DNA of 64,000 nt from Mobula hypostoma (lineage: Eukaryota): contig NC_086129.1 of NCBI RefSeq assembly GCF_963921235.1, positions 5,890,001-5,954,000 of the forward strand. The letters are read 5' to 3'. How positions within the stretch are numbered: position 1 is the first letter of the stretch; each line of letters begins with the position of its first letter. The notes under the pieces are model-generated. The model saw only the letters and a list, made by a program, of their open reading frames with translations. It was not told the DNA's origin and did no database searches. Made by a program: the position numbers and the translations under genes. This document shows, one piece after another, positions 60,061 to 64,000 of this stretch.

Positions 60061-61639
60061 AAAGGCCGCTGGGCCTCAGGCATGGTCTGGTGGCTACACG
60101 AACTTTTCCTTTGGTTTGACTCAACGAAAGCGGACGGACAACTAATGTCTCCCCAGGGGTTTTCCGCTGGACGGAGAGCAGAGATTTCCCGATCAAACAG
60201 ACACAAAATGCTGGAGGAACCGAGCGGGTCGGGCAGCATGTGTGGAGAGAGATGGACAGTCTACGGTTCAGGTCGACATCTTCCCTCAAGAACAGAAATA
60301 AATAGACAGCAGAAACGAGTGCAGGAGAGGGGTGGATTAAGATGGGAAAGGGGTGAGTGAATAGATTTAAACTGGAGGTCACGGAGGCCCATCGGCCCAA
60401 CTTGTTTGTGCTGACCAACTTGCTCTAGTGAGCTAGTCCCATTTGTCCATTATTCCTTTCACGTTTTTTTATCCACGTCCCTGCCAAGATGTATTTTAAA
60501 ACATTCTCCCTGTACCCATCTCTACGGTTGATTAAGGGCCCGGTGTAAACAGAGATAACCCTCTTCACTGTCCACTGTACCATGAATTTTAGTGTAATTA
60601 ACAAACCTACTAACTATGTCACCGACATTATCATCCAAATCATTGATAGGAATGACAAACAACCCCGGCCCCAGCACTGACCTCTGCAGGTTACAGTCCT
60701 CCAGTCCTCTGTGTTTAAGAGACACTTGGACAGACACTTCAATAGGCAAGGCACAGAAGGAGACTGATCTAATGATGGCCAATGGGATGAATGTAGATGG
60801 GTAAATGGGTCAGCACAGAGGTGATGGGTCAAAGGGCACATTTCTATGCTGTATGGCGATGGCTCTGTGAACTGAATGGATAAGAACGCCCAAACCCCGC
60901 TCTCCCTGCGGGTGCTGAGAATTCCAAACAGACAGTGACCCCTGACCCTTGACTCCTCAGACAAAGGAAACATCCTCCTTGTATCCTGTCTGTTGACCCC
61001 AGAAGAATTTTTTGTTTCCCTGAGATCTCCTCTCATTCTTCTGATCATGGAACAGAGAACATAGAACAGTACAGCACAGGAGCCCTTCATTCAATGTTAA
61101 CATTCATCACCCGCAGCCCCTCATTTGGACAGGGGGAGAATTTGCAGGGACCCTTAGACAACACAGGTCCTGATGCAGGATTTCAGTCTGAATCATCAAC
61201 AGTTCACTCTTTTCCATAGATGCTTCCTGGCCTGCTGAGTTCCTCCAGCATTTTGTGGTGTGTGGCTTCACCTTAAATATACACAATGAAATGTATTCCC
61301 TGTGGCATATTCACTATCCTGTGGATAAAGGAATTCCTCCTCATCTCTGTTCTAAATGGACATCCTCAAGTCGGAGGCTGTGCCTTGTGTTCTCGACCCA
61401 CCCACTATAGGAAAGGTCCTTCCAATATCCACTCTCTCCGGGTAGGTTTCAGTGAGATCAGGCCAAGACCCTTCATCAGGACCTGTGTTGCTTGGATAAC
61501 CAGCATCTGCAGATCTTCTCGTGTGTGATTTTTAAAGCAGAAGTTGATATGTAAACTTCTTGATTAGTCAGGGTGTCAAATATTATGGGGAGGAGGCGGG
61601 AGAGTAGAGTTGAGAGGGATAATAAATCAGCCATTCTTC

Positions 61640-63840
61640 TAAAGTCCCATGAGTACAGTCCAAAACCATCAAACACTCCTCATATGTTAACTCTTTCATT
61701 CCCAAAATCATTCTTGTGAACCTCCTGGACCCTTTCCAATGCCAGCACATCTTTTCCGATATAAGGGACCCAAAACTGCTCACAATACTCCGAGTGTGGT
61801 CTGACCAATGCCTTATAAACCCTCAGAATTACATCCTATTCGAGTCCTCTCGAAATGAATGTTAACATTGAGCTTGCTGACCTTAACACTGACTCAAACT
61901 GCAATTAACCATTAGGGAATCCTGCACAAGGACACCCAAGTCCCTTCTGCACCTCTGATTTTTGAATTTTCTCACAGTTTACAAAATCGTCTATGCCTTT
62001 ATTCCGTCTACCAAATTGCATGCAGGACTTCCCGACTGGATAATCCATCGATCACATCTTTGTCCATTTTCGAATCTGTCTCTGCCCTTCCCCAGACTCT
62101 GAGCTTCTGCAGCGCTATCTTCCCCTTCACCTAACTTCATCTCATCTGCAAACTTGGCCACAAAGGCAACAATTCTGTCATCCAAATCATTCTTTGTCTA
62201 TCTCGGCTTAGTGTTCCTCGAAAAATTCCAACAGATTTGTCAGGCACGATTTCCCCTTCAGTGAAGGCATGCTGTCTTTGCTCTATTTTATCATGAGCCT
62301 CCATGCACCCAAAAGCAGTTCCATTAATACTGGACTCCCAGCATCTTTCCAAGCACACCACATCCAGACTAACTCACCTGTAATTTTCTTTCCTCAGCTG
62401 CTCTCCCGTCATAAAGAGTGAAGTGACCTTTGCAATTTCCATTCGTCTTGAATGTCCAATTATCTAGTGATTCCTGAAAGATCATTACTAATGCCCCCAT
62501 ATTCTCTTCAGCTAACTCTTTCCGAACACTGGGGTGTAGTCCATCTGGTCCAGGTACCTTCAGACCTTCAATCTTCCCACGCACTTTCTCCTCAGTAACA
62601 TCAACAACACTCAATTCTGTCCCCAGACACTCTCACATTTCTGACATACAGCTGGTATCTTCTACAGTGAGGATTGATACAAAATATTAAATAAGTACTT
62701 CGACAATGTCTTTTGTCACATGTCTCCTCTCCAGTGTCACTTTCTTGGGGTCCAATATCCACTCTTGCCTCTCTTTTACTCTTTAGAGTTTTGTGTCCTC
62801 TTGAGTATTGTAGGCAAGCTTTCCCTCATATCTTATTTTCTCTCCTTCGGGCTTTGTAATTGCTTTCTGCTGATTATCACAATCTCCTCAATACTTCAAC
62901 ATCCTGCTAATTTTTGCTCTATTGTATGCCCTCTCCTTCACTTTTATGCTGTCTTTGACTTCCCTTGTTAAACAAGGTTGCCTCATTCTCCGTGGAGAAT
63001 ACTCCTCCGTCTTTGGGATTTATCTATCCAAATTGTCCCCAGAAATTCCAGTCTTTGTTGTTCTGCAATCATCCCTGCTGGTGTCCCCTCCCAATCTACT
63101 TTGGTCAGCTCTTCCCTCATGCCTCTGTAACTAACTTTACTCCACTCTAATACCGATACATCTGACTTTATCTCCCTCTCAAACTCTGGGGTGAATTCTA
63201 TCATTTTGTGATCACTGCTTCCTAAAGGTTCTTTTCCCTTAGTCTCCCCAATCATATCTGGTCCACTATACAAATCCCACTCTAGAATTGCCATTGGGCT
63301 CAACCAGAAGCGGTTCAAAAAAGCCATCTTGGGGACATTCTACAAATTCCCTCTCTTGGGATGCAGCACCAGCCTGATTTTCCCAATCTACCTCCTTGTT
63401 GAAATCCCCCATTCCGACTGTCACATTGCATTTTTTTCCCATTTCCTCGTGTAATTTGTATCCCATTTCGATCCTGGCTACTATTTAGAGGCCTGTATAT
63501 AATTACCATCAGGGTCTTTTTAGCCTAGCAGTTTCTTAACTCTACACACAATGACTCAACATCTTCCAATCCTATGTCACCTCTCTCTAAGGATTTCATT
63601 TCATTTTTGACAACAGACCCTCCCCATTCCCTCTGCCTACCTGCCTGCCCTTTGAATACAAGGTGTATCGTTGAATGTTGAACTTCAAGCCAGCATCTCC
63701 TTTCAGCCACAACTCAGTGACGCCAACAACGTTATACCTGCCAATCTCTACCTGTGCTACAACATCATCAACCTTATTCCGTATACTGGAGCATTCAAAT
63801 ATAACACCTTCAGTCCTGTGTTCATCAGCATATTCGACAC
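61640..63840 (-). mobile_element. Degenerate CR1 ORF2 (endonuclease to RT) with internal deletions
   Basis: VVGVTELWL, IYRPLNS, MGDFN, GSSDHKMIEF, PGPDGLHP, AKFADEMKLG, RRFTRMILGMK. Confidence 0.85.
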
Positions 63841-64000
63841 TGTCCACATGAGCTTAAGCAAGGTCTATGATATCGATGATAGACCACAGTTCGGGTATTG
63901 TCTGCATGTCCACTTCCCCGAATATAGTGAAACATAGAAACACAGAAAACATAGAACATAATACAGGCCCTTTGGCCCACAAAGCTGTGTCGGACATGTC

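Overview
Vertebrate, repeat-dense genomic DNA. The CR1/Rex1/Penelope repeat mix and the GPR139-like receptor paralogues point to a cartilaginous fish, probably a ray or skate (inference). The core is a cluster of two-exon, GPR139/GPR142-like orphan class A GPCR genes. Gene B (+, 18137-20483, 325 aa) is intact. Gene A (-, 7578-9649) is its head-to-head inverted duplicate, disabled by a CR1 insertion and a 1-bp frameshift. Gene C (+, 32847-36661) is more diverged and carries one nonsense codon. An intron block at about 290-395 suggests a fourth copy just left of the window. A and B are nearly identical in the cytoplasmic segments but differ strongly on the extracellular, ligand-facing side, the pattern of a diversifying receptor repertoire. 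The terminal B30.2/PRY-SPRY exon of a TRIM-like gene lies at 59373-59929 (-). The rest is nested retroelements (many CR1, Rex1/Babar-like, L1, RNase H-bearing Nimb/I-like, a BEL/Pao element, Penelope-like pieces with hammerhead ribozyme motifs, candidate solo LTRs), LINE-derived minisatellites, microsatellites and two assembly gaps. No rRNA, tRNA or CRISPR was seen. Repeat boundaries were estimated by eye.
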